NCBI GenBank assembly: GCA_041907145.1
Contig: JAYRHW010000158.1
Location: 9,399-73,398 of the forward strand
DNA length: 64,000 nucleotides
From: Bdellovibrionota bacterium
GTDB taxonomy: Bacteria; Bdellovibrionota_C; UBA2361; JAFLCA01
Direction of reading: 5' to 3'
A program made the translations under genes and the position numbers. The notes beneath the pieces are model-generated. The model searched no databases, was not told where the DNA came from, and was given only the letters and a program-made list of their open reading frames with translations. Positions within the stretch are counted from its first letter, which is position 1. Each line of letters begins with the position of its first letter. Positions 47,833 through 56,091 of this stretch are shown here, piece by piece.

Positions 47833-49512
47833 ATGGCCGTTTTTGACCATAAAAGTTGGCGCCGGCTCTATCGCCTGGCTCGCCCGTTCTTCTTTTCGGA
47901 TTCACCGTGGAAGGCTCGCGGCCTCCTCCTTCTGCTCCTCGGCCTGAGTCTGTCGATCAAGGGCTTCGACGTCGTGATGAGCTACATTGGGGCGGATTTC
48001 GTAACGTCCCTCACTATGCGTGAACAGGACAAATTCACGCATAGTATTTTCCTGTATCTCCTGGCATTTTGTGTCGCTATTCCGCTCTCCGTGTTCTATC
48101 GGTACACCGAGGAGCGCTTGGCCTTGATGTGGCGGCGCTGGTTTACTCACCACACGCTGGACCGCTACTTTGCTAATCAGGGCTTCTATAGGCTCGGCTG
48201 GTACAAACAAATCGACAATCCAGACCAGCGCATAGAGGAGGACATTCGTTCCTTCACCTCGACCTCCTTGTCGCTTTTCCTGATTTTTTTGCAGTCTACG
48301 ATCGCGCTCTTCCTCTTCGTTGGGGTCCTCTCATCGATCTCATGGATGCTGACGGTAACCGTCGTAATCTATGCCCTGTTCGGTTCGACCGTAACTTACT
48401 TTTTGGGTCGTCCGCTTATCGATCTTAATTTCGAACAGCTCCGCCGTGAAGCCGACTATCGATACAAACTCATCAAGGTTCGCGATAACGCAGAGTCGAT
48501 TGCCTTTTACCGCGGAGAATCCAAAGAGCGCACCCGTGTGCGGCAGCGTCTAAAGGATGTGCTGCGGAATATGCTGCGCATTATTAACCGCAATCGCACC
48601 CTGAATTTCTTCACGACCGGGTACAATTACATGGTGATTATTTTGCCCACCATCGTTGTCGCACCATTGTACTTGCGCGGCGAAATCCCATTCGGAAAGG
48701 TTTCCCAGTCGGCCGTTGCGTTCGGATATGTGCTTAACGCGCTGTCCATAATGGTCACCAATTTCGGCAGTCTAAGCGCCTATGCTGCCGTCGTACGACG
48801 TCTAGGTGTTTTTTCTGAAGTTTTGACCGATGCCTCGAGCCCTCGTTCTCTGTCTGGGTTTCAGACTGGTAAGGAGGTGAGATTCTCGAACGTTACGATT
48901 CTGACCCCGGATAGTTCACGGGTCCTGATTGCCGACCTTAGTTTCTCAGTAGCCACGGGTGGATTGCTTATTTGCGGTCCCAGTGGCTGCGGAAAGAGTT
49001 CGGTTCTGCGCGTCTTGGCAGGACTGTGGGCAGCCAAGGGCGGCGAGATCGTACGCCCACCTGCGGATAAATGTATGTTCGTCCCGCAACGGCCTTACTT
49101 GACACTTGGATCACTCCGCAGCCAGCTGCTCTATGCGCAAAATCGCTCCGGTTTCAGCGACGCGGAACTACATGCAGTTCTCAAAGAGGTCGAACTGGAA
49201 GAAATGTTCCGCCGGGTAGGCGGTTTTGACGCCACCGTCGATTGGTCGTCAACGCTTTCGAACGGCGAGCAGCAGCGAATCGGCATCGCAAGATTGATAC
49301 TCGCAAAGCCACAGCACGTATTTCTCGATGAAGCCACCACGGCAATTGACGAGGCCGGAGAGGAGCGGCTGTACAGGAAGATTCGCTCCTTTGCCTCTAC
49401 CGTGGTGAGCGTTGGATATCGCACGAATTTGCAGCATTTTCACGAGCAGATCTTGGAGCTGCACGGCGACGGTAAGTGGCACATCGACACGAATATTCCG
49501 GGGAGGACATGA
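47833..49512 (+). CDS. ABC transporter, fused permease/ATPase, YddA / ABCD (SbmA-BacA-like TMD) type
   Basis: N-terminal WRRLYRLARPFFFSD and a 6-TM region. Walker A GPSGCGKSS, signature LSNGEQQR, Walker B VFLDEATTAID. Confidence 0.8.
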   Translation: MAVFDHKSWRRLYRLARPFFFSDSPWKARGLLLLLLGLSLSIKGFDVVMSYIGADFVTSLTMREQDKFTHSIFLYLLAFCVAIPLSVFYRYTEERLALMWRRWFTHHTLDRYFANQGFYRLGWYKQIDNPDQRIEEDIRSFTSTSLSLFLIFLQSTIALFLFVGVLSSISWMLTVTVVIYALFGSTVTYFLGRPLIDLNFEQLRREADYRYKLIKVRDNAESIAFYRGESKERTRVRQRLKDVLRNMLRIINRNRTLNFFTTGYNYMVIILPTIVVAPLYLRGEIPFGKVSQSAVAFGYVLNALSIMVTNFGSLSAYAAVVRRLGVFSEVLTDASSPRSLSGFQTGKEVRFSNVTILTPDSSRVLIADLSFSVATGGLLICGPSGCGKSSVLRVLAGLWAAKGGEIVRPPADKCMFVPQRPYLTLGSLRSQLLYAQNRSGFSDAELHAVLKEVELEEMFRRVGGFDATVDWSSTLSNGEQQRIGIARLILAKPQHVFLDEATTAIDEAGEERLYRKIRSFASTVVSVGYRTNLQHFHEQILELHGDGKWHIDTNIPGRT

Positions 49513-49513
49513 G

Positions 49514-51850
49514 ATGAGTTGCCTCCGCCGTGTGCTGGCCGCCTTACCTGCCATCCTCCTTTGGACCTCCATCTCTCAGGCCGATATAAAAGATGCCGTA
49601 TTTCGTGATTGCAAGAGCGCTCAAACTGAAATCGAAAAGCTGGCTCCCGAAAAACAAAGCAGCCTCCTTCCCTTTCTACGCGAGGTTCTAAAACTGCATC
49701 TTCCGAGCGGTCCCGATACCCTATCGCCCCTGCCAGTCAAAACTCTTCCTGGGCTTTCGGCTGGCGACGCCGAGATGCAGCATATTTGGCGTGGGTTCAG
49801 CCCTGATCGTGAGATTGCTGCCAAGCGTTGCGTGCTCGAGATTCTCAAAGGCTATGGCGCCTCAGCCGGCTCGGCCTTAGGGGAAATGCTGGAGTTTGCT
49901 ACCGATCCAACGCTGAGCGACGATCTCCGAGATCTCGCCGATGGCGCCGTACTGCAAGTGGTACGGGACTTTAGTCCAGTCGCTTCCAGGACTTCAATAG
50001 TTGAGACAGCTAGATTCGCACTCGCCGAACGAGGAGAAATTGCACAGGCGGCACTCGCTTACTTTGCGCCCAGCTCGGCGATTGATGCCGTACTTAGCGC
50101 AGTAAAGGACGACGTAACGGCGGATCAAGCCGTGTCCGTACTTGGCTGGCTTGACCCGCGCGGCCGGACATTACAGGCGGTGAGCTTGACGATCCTAAAG
50201 CCCGAAAGTCCGCCTTTCGCCCAGCGAGCGATCTACGGCTCCTTGGGGAATATGTTGTGTCCGAGTGAGGAAGCCGCAGCTGTATTGAATCACGGGTTGG
50301 ATTCCGCGGTTGCCGAAGTTCAGGCATCAGCTGCGGCGGCCTTGCAACTGCTCATTGCGAGGGTACATGAGGGATCGGTATGCGCTCAGCAAGATACCGG
50401 GGTGACGGGCTCCCAACTTCTGTCTCTCCTTTTGGAGCAGTCGGAAAGTGCGACAACCTCATTGAGCCGCTTGCGGCTTGCGTTGCCACTGCTGGCTGGA
50501 AGAAATGCGCCCCGTGCAGTCGAGGAGTATCTGAAACTACTCCGTCAGGTTGAGAATTTCGACGAAGAGCTGGTGAGGGCAGCGCTCCAGGCGCTCGGCA
50601 TCCAAGTGCTCGATGGCGCGCTCCAGTACCTTAAGGACAGCACGGCACCCCATCGCGGAGTGCTCGCCTCAGCCGTTGCCTCCATCCCCGATTTGGAAGC
50701 TCGCCATTTGCATCCCTTCGTTACGTTCTTGCTTGATTCAGATGAACAGGTCCGCGCCGCTGTCCTGCAGGCCATTCGACGCATGCCTAGGGATTTCCGA
50801 ACTGAACTCAAGATGCTGCCTGCTGAAAAGGGCAAGCCCGTGGGGCCGGAACGGCAGCTCGCCTTAATTGCAGCCGGATTAAGCGATGCGGCAGGGTTGA
50901 AGCAGTTCATTCCGACTCTTGGTTGTGACGCCCTTGCCGCTGTAGCCGACGACCCTCACACCTTCAAACTGCAATCGATTGAACAAGCGCTCGCTGCACG
51001 AGCCGATGAATGCAGTCAAGCTGATGCGGCATCACTTTGTCAAAGGCGCGCTTGGCTCTTCAGGATAAAAGAGCCGGGCCCCAATGCTGCCCGAAGAATC
51101 CAAGTTGCAAGCTTGTCGAGCGAGCCAAGCTGCGTGATTCGCGCACTCCGGGCATCACCGCCCACTCAAACAATTTCCTCTCAGCGCCTCACCGAGGCCC
51201 TACTTTCAAAGACAGAAGCAAGCGCGTCCGAGCTGGTAGCAGTGCTTGAAGCCAAGCCGAAATTGAGCGCCGAAGAACTCACGGCACTTCGACAGCTCAG
51301 CGAAAGCGCCGACGCCTCAAGAAAGGTTCGCTGTCAGGCAGGACGCCTTTACCTTTCAGGAGAGGACAGTGACGATCGCCGCAGATCAGCTCTTGAAAAA
51401 ATACTAGATGATGAGAGTTTGATTTCAGGGTGCATTCGAGAACTCCCCGGCCCTGTGGTCTTTCCAATGCTGCTTGCTCATCTTGAGGACGGAAATTCGG
51501 AGAGCAAAGTCCGCGCGATAGCCCTTTTGGGGCAAGTGCGGGGCATTACAGCCGAGGCCGTCGACAAGCTCAGGGCACTTACCAACGCCCGTGCGCCGGA
51601 GGTGCGCTACCAAGCACTAGTGGCACTGGTCAGACGTATGCCGGATTCTCCTCAGTTGGGTCAAATGCTCCTTCCTTTAGCAAACTCTCGGTTCGCCTCG
51701 CGCCTGGCCCGCGAGAGCTATCCAGCCGAGCTGCTGCGCGGCATCCGTCAGGAGCCGGAGCCGCTCAGTCCGCTGGCAGAGAATGTACGCGCCCTGCTCG
51801 TCCTTCGCGGCGAAGCAGCGCCGGCGGCTATGCCGCTTCAGAGCCCTTGA
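49514..51850 (+). CDS. secreted HEAT/armadillo-like repeat protein (778 aa)
   Basis: ATG 49514 lies 1 nt after the ABC gene stop. Signal peptide MSCLRRVLAALPAILLWTSISQA. All-alpha, A/L-rich with HEAT-like units (EQVRAAVLQAIRRMP, SKVRAIALLGQVRG, PEVRYQALVALVRRMP). Confidence 0.6.
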   Translation: MSCLRRVLAALPAILLWTSISQADIKDAVFRDCKSAQTEIEKLAPEKQSSLLPFLREVLKLHLPSGPDTLSPLPVKTLPGLSAGDAEMQHIWRGFSPDREIAAKRCVLEILKGYGASAGSALGEMLEFATDPTLSDDLRDLADGAVLQVVRDFSPVASRTSIVETARFALAERGEIAQAALAYFAPSSAIDAVLSAVKDDVTADQAVSVLGWLDPRGRTLQAVSLTILKPESPPFAQRAIYGSLGNMLCPSEEAAAVLNHGLDSAVAEVQASAAAALQLLIARVHEGSVCAQQDTGVTGSQLLSLLLEQSESATTSLSRLRLALPLLAGRNAPRAVEEYLKLLRQVENFDEELVRAALQALGIQVLDGALQYLKDSTAPHRGVLASAVASIPDLEARHLHPFVTFLLDSDEQVRAAVLQAIRRMPRDFRTELKMLPAEKGKPVGPERQLALIAAGLSDAAGLKQFIPTLGCDALAAVADDPHTFKLQSIEQALAARADECSQADAASLCQRRAWLFRIKEPGPNAARRIQVASLSSEPSCVIRALRASPPTQTISSQRLTEALLSKTEASASELVAVLEAKPKLSAEELTALRQLSESADASRKVRCQAGRLYLSGEDSDDRRRSALEKILDDESLISGCIRELPGPVVFPMLLAHLEDGNSESKVRAIALLGQVRGITAEAVDKLRALTNARAPEVRYQALVALVRRMPDSPQLGQMLLPLANSRFASRLARESYPAELLRGIRQEPEPLSPLAENVRALLVLRGEAAPAAMPLQSP

Positions 51851-53615
51851 AGACTTTGGATTCGTAATCCCTCCAGGCCTGGGAAAATAGCCCCTGGCGC
51901 TCGATGAGCTCAGCGAATGTTCCAACTTCTTCGACTTTTCCGCGCCGGACAAACACGATGGTATCGAATAGCGGCACTAACGCGAGACGGTGACAGGCTG
52001 TAATAATGGTGCGGTCGGTAAAGTGATGCAGCAGGCCGTAAAAAATCTGCTTCTCGGTCATCGGATCAAGACTAGAGGTGGGTTCGTCAAGTAGCAGCAA
52101 GGATCTCCCCTTCGCTCGCAGCAGGCCGCGAGCGAGCGCTACGCGTTGTTTCTCCCCAACTGACAGGTTCATTCCACTTTCTGCTAGATAGGAATCCCAT
52201 CCCTGGGGGAGTTTTGCCAGCACACCATCTATCTTGCACAGTGAGACGAAGAAGCTCATTTCCTGCTGGCTGAAGGTCTCGCCCATCGTCAGATTATAGC
52301 GGGCTGTTTCCGAAAAAATCTCCGGCTCCTGGGGAACTATTAAAACCGAGGAGGTTATCTCCTCGAGCGCAAGCCGATCCTTACCATCGACTATCAAATC
52401 GCAGCGCTCCGGAATCAGCAGGCCGCCCATTATCTTCAGAAGGGTAGATTTCCCTCCACCGCTCGGACCAACCAGCGCAATCTTGGCTCCGTGCTTGATT
52501 TCCAGGTTGAATGCCTCGATTCCTTCAGCCCCAGCACGAGAATATGTGAAGTTCAAATTTCTTATTTCCAGCGTCTTCCAATTTCCGGCCAGCCTTCCGC
52601 TCGGAGGAGTCGGGGTAAGCGAAGCCGATTCCCTGAAGATACTCGTGGCATCCTCATAGGCAGTCGCGGACTCCAGCATGCCGCTGTAATAGGCAGTAAA
52701 GGATCCAATAGCCTGAAAAATGCGATCCAAATAGTTCAGAAGCACGTACACCTGAGCGATATCGAAGGCCCCTTGAAGTTCGCGGTGATGAGAGAAGTAT
52801 ATGAGGAGTGAAGTGCCGATGACGAACGTGTAGCCAACGCCGACCGAGCCCCATTTCAGCTCGCTAAATCCAATGATGCGGCGATTGAGCTTGCGCCCGT
52901 CGTCACGCTGCCGCTTGAGATAGTCGATCGAGTTTGCTTCGAGGTTAAGGGATTTTACCGTTATGATGTTATACAGGTAATCGACGCAAATTCGATTGAG
53001 ACGATCGATGAACGAGTTGTTTGCGCGAATGCTCTGCACCAAGCGTCGATTAAAGAGAACCATGAATAGGATAGTGACCACTCCCATGCTGGCCACATTT
53101 ATCGCGACCCAAAAATCTAAGGCAAAGATGGCGATACTGGCGAAAACCAGCTTCACCATGCCCTCGATTATTTGCCAAACATAGGTGCCGATAGTGGTGT
53201 CGATGGCTCCTGCTGAGCGATGAAGCCGGCTTAGATTCTCGCCGCTGTGGTGGTCTACATGCCAACTTAGGGGGAACCTAAGCAAGGTCGAGAAGACCTT
53301 CTCCAGCGTCTCCATGCGTCCTTCGTAGGAGACAGTTTGTTGAAAGTAGCGGCCGAGATGGTGACAGGCATTATAGAGTAATCTGAGGCCGATGTACGCA
53401 CCCAGCCCTAAGTAGGCACCGGAAAACGCATCTTCGGTAAAACCCTGCTTAACAAAAACACCGAGGGTGTACCCGATTGCCCAAGGCGAAAGCAAATCAA
53501 TCGTATAGCCAAAAACAAACAGAGAGGCGAACAGGAAGAATCGTCCTCGAACTCCCTCCGTGGCATCCCAAGCTCCCCGGATTAGGCCTCGTATTGAATT
53601 TGGACTCGATGTCAT
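51828..53615 (-). CDS. ABC exporter, fused permease/ATPase (MsbA/type I exporter-like)
   Basis: 6-TM N-terminal half. GPSGGGKST, LSVGEKQR, LLLDEPTSSLD. Confidence 0.85.
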   Translation of the reverse strand: MTSSPNSIRGLIRGAWDATEGVRGRFFLFASLFVFGYTIDLLSPWAIGYTLGVFVKQGFTEDAFSGAYLGLGAYIGLRLLYNACHHLGRYFQQTVSYEGRMETLEKVFSTLLRFPLSWHVDHHSGENLSRLHRSAGAIDTTIGTYVWQIIEGMVKLVFASIAIFALDFWVAINVASMGVVTILFMVLFNRRLVQSIRANNSFIDRLNRICVDYLYNIITVKSLNLEANSIDYLKRQRDDGRKLNRRIIGFSELKWGSVGVGYTFVIGTSLLIYFSHHRELQGAFDIAQVYVLLNYLDRIFQAIGSFTAYYSGMLESATAYEDATSIFRESASLTPTPPSGRLAGNWKTLEIRNLNFTYSRAGAEGIEAFNLEIKHGAKIALVGPSGGGKSTLLKIMGGLLIPERCDLIVDGKDRLALEEITSSVLIVPQEPEIFSETARYNLTMGETFSQQEMSFFVSLCKIDGVLAKLPQGWDSYLAESGMNLSVGEKQRVALARGLLRAKGRSLLLLDEPTSSLDPMTEKQIFYGLLHHFTDRTIITACHRLALVPLFDTIVFVRRGKVEEVGTFAELIERQGLFSQAWRDYESKVFKGSEAA

Positions 53616-53767
53616 AACTGTCCGGCACTATAGCCTGTCAGGAATGAGCCGTCATCCGGGCTGAAGGAGCGGCCTTAGAGCGAACAGGACTTCGCCTAGC
53701 CACCCTGGCGCAATCCTCCCAATCTGCGATGGTAATATCGGGAGCTCGCCGACAGTGACTCTAGAAT

Positions 53768-54109
53768 CTATTTCTTTGCCTTCGAGGTGCAGCGCGCGGC
53801 ATCGAGCTCTTCGTCGCTTAGGCCAAGAGTTTCCTCTTCGTTGACCTTCACAAACTCCTGGTACTGTTCAGGAACACCAGAGTCCTCATAAATAGCTTCC
53901 ACCGGACATTCAGTTTCACAGGCCCCGCAGTTAATGCATTCATCAGGATGAATCATCAGCATCCCTTCCTCGCCGTCCGGGGAAAGCCCCACGGCGTACT
54001 TGTCGTTATATTTCTTCTTTTTGATGTTGTAGAAACAATCGACCGGGCAAACCTCGACGCAGGAACGATCCTTGGTTCCGATACAGGGCTTGGTAACTAC
54101 GTATGCCAT
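53768..54109 (-). CDS. fdxA: 7Fe ferredoxin ([3Fe-4S][4Fe-4S])
   Basis: CIGTKDRSCVEVCPVDCF and CINCGACETECP cluster motifs, 113 aa. Confidence 0.9.
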   Translation of the reverse strand: MAYVVTKPCIGTKDRSCVEVCPVDCFYNIKKKKYNDKYAVGLSPDGEEGMLMIHPDECINCGACETECPVEAIYEDSGVPEQYQEFVKVNEEETLGLSDEELDAARCTSKAKK

Positions 54110-54153
54110 GAGATAGGGGCTCCTCGATAACGGTAGAACTCTTGAGCTCTACG

Positions 54154-54182
54154 ATTTTCTGAGGTTTCTTGAACGATTGCAA
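54154..54182 (-). promoter_or_regulatory. possible sigma70-type promoter of the ferredoxin gene
   Basis: On the minus strand TTGCAA, 17 nt, GAAAAT, about 45 nt upstream of the ATG. The -10 is weak. Confidence 0.25.
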
Positions 54183-54239
54183 TACGCTGAAGGCCTATTT
54201 GGGCGGCGGGTTTAGCGGATTTTTGCCGAGTATCTAGAT

Positions 54240-54276
54240 AAAAAAAGGGACGGTTCAATTTTACTTGAACCGCCCC
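54240..54276 (-). terminator. orphan rho-independent terminator-like hairpin (minus strand)
   Basis: Minus strand reads ggggcggttcaa-gtaaaa-ttgaaccgtccc followed by TTTTTTT. There is no annotated minus-strand gene immediately upstream of it. Confidence 0.5.
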
Positions 54277-54467
54277 CTACTCGCAGAAAGGATGGTGTCA
54301 TGCCTAGTACCTAAGGTATCGGCCTTCTGGAAACTTCTTTAATATTTCAGCGCTAATTTTCGATGTGTTTTTTAGCTAATATTTTCAACGAGTTATCATA
54401 ATTGATGTGAAGCTGATTATAGCGCGTATCACTGAAATTCCAGCGTAGAACACCCTCTGTGCAGAGA

Positions 54468-54496
54468 ATGACAAGTTGAAGAATAGTCTGTATAAA
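54468..54496 (+). promoter_or_regulatory. possible sigma70-type promoter of tRNA-Cys
   Basis: ATGACA, 17 nt, TATAAA, ending 17 nt before the mature tRNA 5' end. Confidence 0.4.
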
Positions 54497-54513
54497 ATTG
54501 GTTCCCTTCGGGT

Positions 54514-54589
54514 GGCCCGATAGCCAAGTTGGCTAAGGCAACGGTTTGCAAAACCGTCATCGCCGGTTCGAATCCGGCTCGGGCCTCCA
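54514..54589 (+). tRNA. tRNA-Cys (anticodon GCA), CCA encoded
   Basis: Hand-folded cloverleaf. 7-bp acceptor stem ggcccga/tcgggcc. Anticodon stem acggt/accgt with loop ttGCAaa. T arm gccgg-ttcgaat-ccggc. Discriminator U73 (a CysRS identity element), then cca. Confidence 0.93.
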
Positions 54590-54790
54590 GTTTCTCCTCT
54601 AAGACGGGACGATCCTATTTTTGACTGCAAAGCCCTTTCTCCTTCAGCATCAGCTATTAGATCAATCATGGCATACTTTTCCAAGAAGCATGCTTCCCTC
54701 ATCTAGCTTAAATCCGCACAATATCAGGACGTCCATTTTGGCGTAGTGCTGTGAGGAGCTTAAAAAGCCAACGGGAGGAATCAAGGCCAG

Positions 54791-55099
54791 GTGTTTAGTG
54801 ACGGCTCCGGAACCCTAAATCCAGCAGGATGGCTTGTTGATCTGGTAATGGCTGGTTTGCCATTTTTTATCTCCGTTTTTTGTAGCCGATGGGCGCTCGT
54901 TCAGTACGCTCGATCGCGGAGCATCCCTGCTAAGGCGCGAGGGTTTCTCGCCTTATTGGCCGTCGATGTCGCCTGTGCTGTCTTGCAGATATACCTATAT
55001 GCAACTTTGTGGCTATTTGCCGTCGCGTACATTTGGCTGATCGGACTTGGAGTCTGGGTCTTGACGACGATTGTTAAGCAGGCGAACTGCGCAAAATAA
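54791..55099 (+). CDS. possible small membrane protein
   Basis: GTG-initiated 102-aa ORF with three hydrophobic helices. No convincing SD, and the surrounding DNA is AT-rich and non-coding-like. Confidence 0.3.
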   Translation: MFSDGSGTLNPAGWLVDLVMAGLPFFISVFCSRWALVQYARSRSIPAKARGFLALLAVDVACAVLQIYLYATLWLFAVAYIWLIGLGVWVLTTIVKQANCAK

Positions 55100-55237
55100 G
55101 CGCGCCTTTACCTAGTTGCGTCAAGCATACATCGCCACACCTCAGCACCTGAGTAAGCTATCAATATCCCACCAATCCCAGGATCAGTCAGCGAACGAGC
55201 CTACTTACTTTAAGCTCGAAGTTTAGCCGCCTGGTTA

Positions 55238-55495
55238 GGGCTTTGAAAAGATCTGGCCTCCCGTGGTAATGCCGTCGATGATATTCTTTCATATTGCCAA
55301 GCCTAATCTGTGGCCGAGCTTTTGGTCACGATCGTGAGCTTGAGCGAACTTATTGAAAAACGTGGGAATCTTCTCCACAGGAATTGGCGGTCCTCGGTTC
55401 GGGATTTCGATGGATACCCACCCATCACCCCGGCGACAAACACGGCACACGATTGTGGAATGACTTCCGCTTTCTTCTCTATCTGAACTCTGTAT
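55238..55495 (-). pseudogene. histidine kinase remnant (C-terminal part of the HATPase_c domain only)
   Basis: My own translation of the minus strand gives ...GDGWVSIEIPNRGPPIPVEKIPTFFNKFAQAHDRDQKLGHRLGLAI*KNIIDGITTGGQIFSKP*. This matches the G1/F/G2 boxes (D.G.GI..e....iF..F ... G.GLGLaI.k.I...hgG.I). In-frame TGA at 55289-55291. No H-box/DHp or N-box region upstream. Confidence 0.6.
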
Positions 55496-55545
55496 CTAAA
55501 TTTGACTGAGGCAGGCCAAGATTTTGACTCTCGATATCTCCCAGT

Positions 55546-56040
55546 CTATCGATCGAAGTCAATCCCATCGGCAGGGATCAGAGACAAAAACAGCACGTCG
55601 TGGTCGTGGGGAATGTAATCCGATGGATCTGTGGACGACCAATTGGTAAAGGCGACGAAATACTCTGCACCGTGATACTGCACGAAGAGGGCCTCGGCCA
55701 CTGTTGTGTCCCGCAGTTGGTCGATGATTTCGCCTGGAATCGTTTCATCTTCGGTCCAAGCAAGCACGGGGAGGCTGCGGTCGGGGACGCAACCAAAGTA
55801 AAAATTTCTCAGCGCGTCGTCGGGAGACCCACCAAAAGCCTCCTCCCACTCTCGACCACTGCTCTCGACGATGCTGCTAAAGGGGACCTTCGTATCCGAT
55901 TCCCTCGAATAGCATTTCGGATACTGATCGATGAATTCCGCCGAACGATCGCCCAGAAGCTTTGCTGACAATTCGACTGAGGCGCCGAGATCGGCAATTG
56001 CGGACAAACGAGGGTGTGGATTGCGGCGATCTTGACTCAT
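55546..56040 (-). CDS. hypothetical cytoplasmic protein (164 aa)
   Basis: Acidic, no signal peptide, 51 nt downstream of the ankyrin gene on the same strand. No family recognised. Confidence 0.5.
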   Translation of the reverse strand: MSQDRRNPHPRLSAIADLGASVELSAKLLGDRSAEFIDQYPKCYSRESDTKVPFSSIVESSGREWEEAFGGSPDDALRNFYFGCVPDRSLPVLAWTEDETIPGEIIDQLRDTTVAEALFVQYHGAEYFVAFTNWSSTDPSDYIPHDHDVLFLSLIPADGIDFDR

Positions 56041-56091
56041 ACATCAGGGCTAGCCTGCCACACTTAAGCAGCAGGCTCCGGGGGACTAGAT

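Noticed and set aside
54385-54702. 105-aa minus-strand ORF
   Set aside because: It overlaps the tRNA-Cys gene on the opposite strand and AT-rich non-coding DNA.
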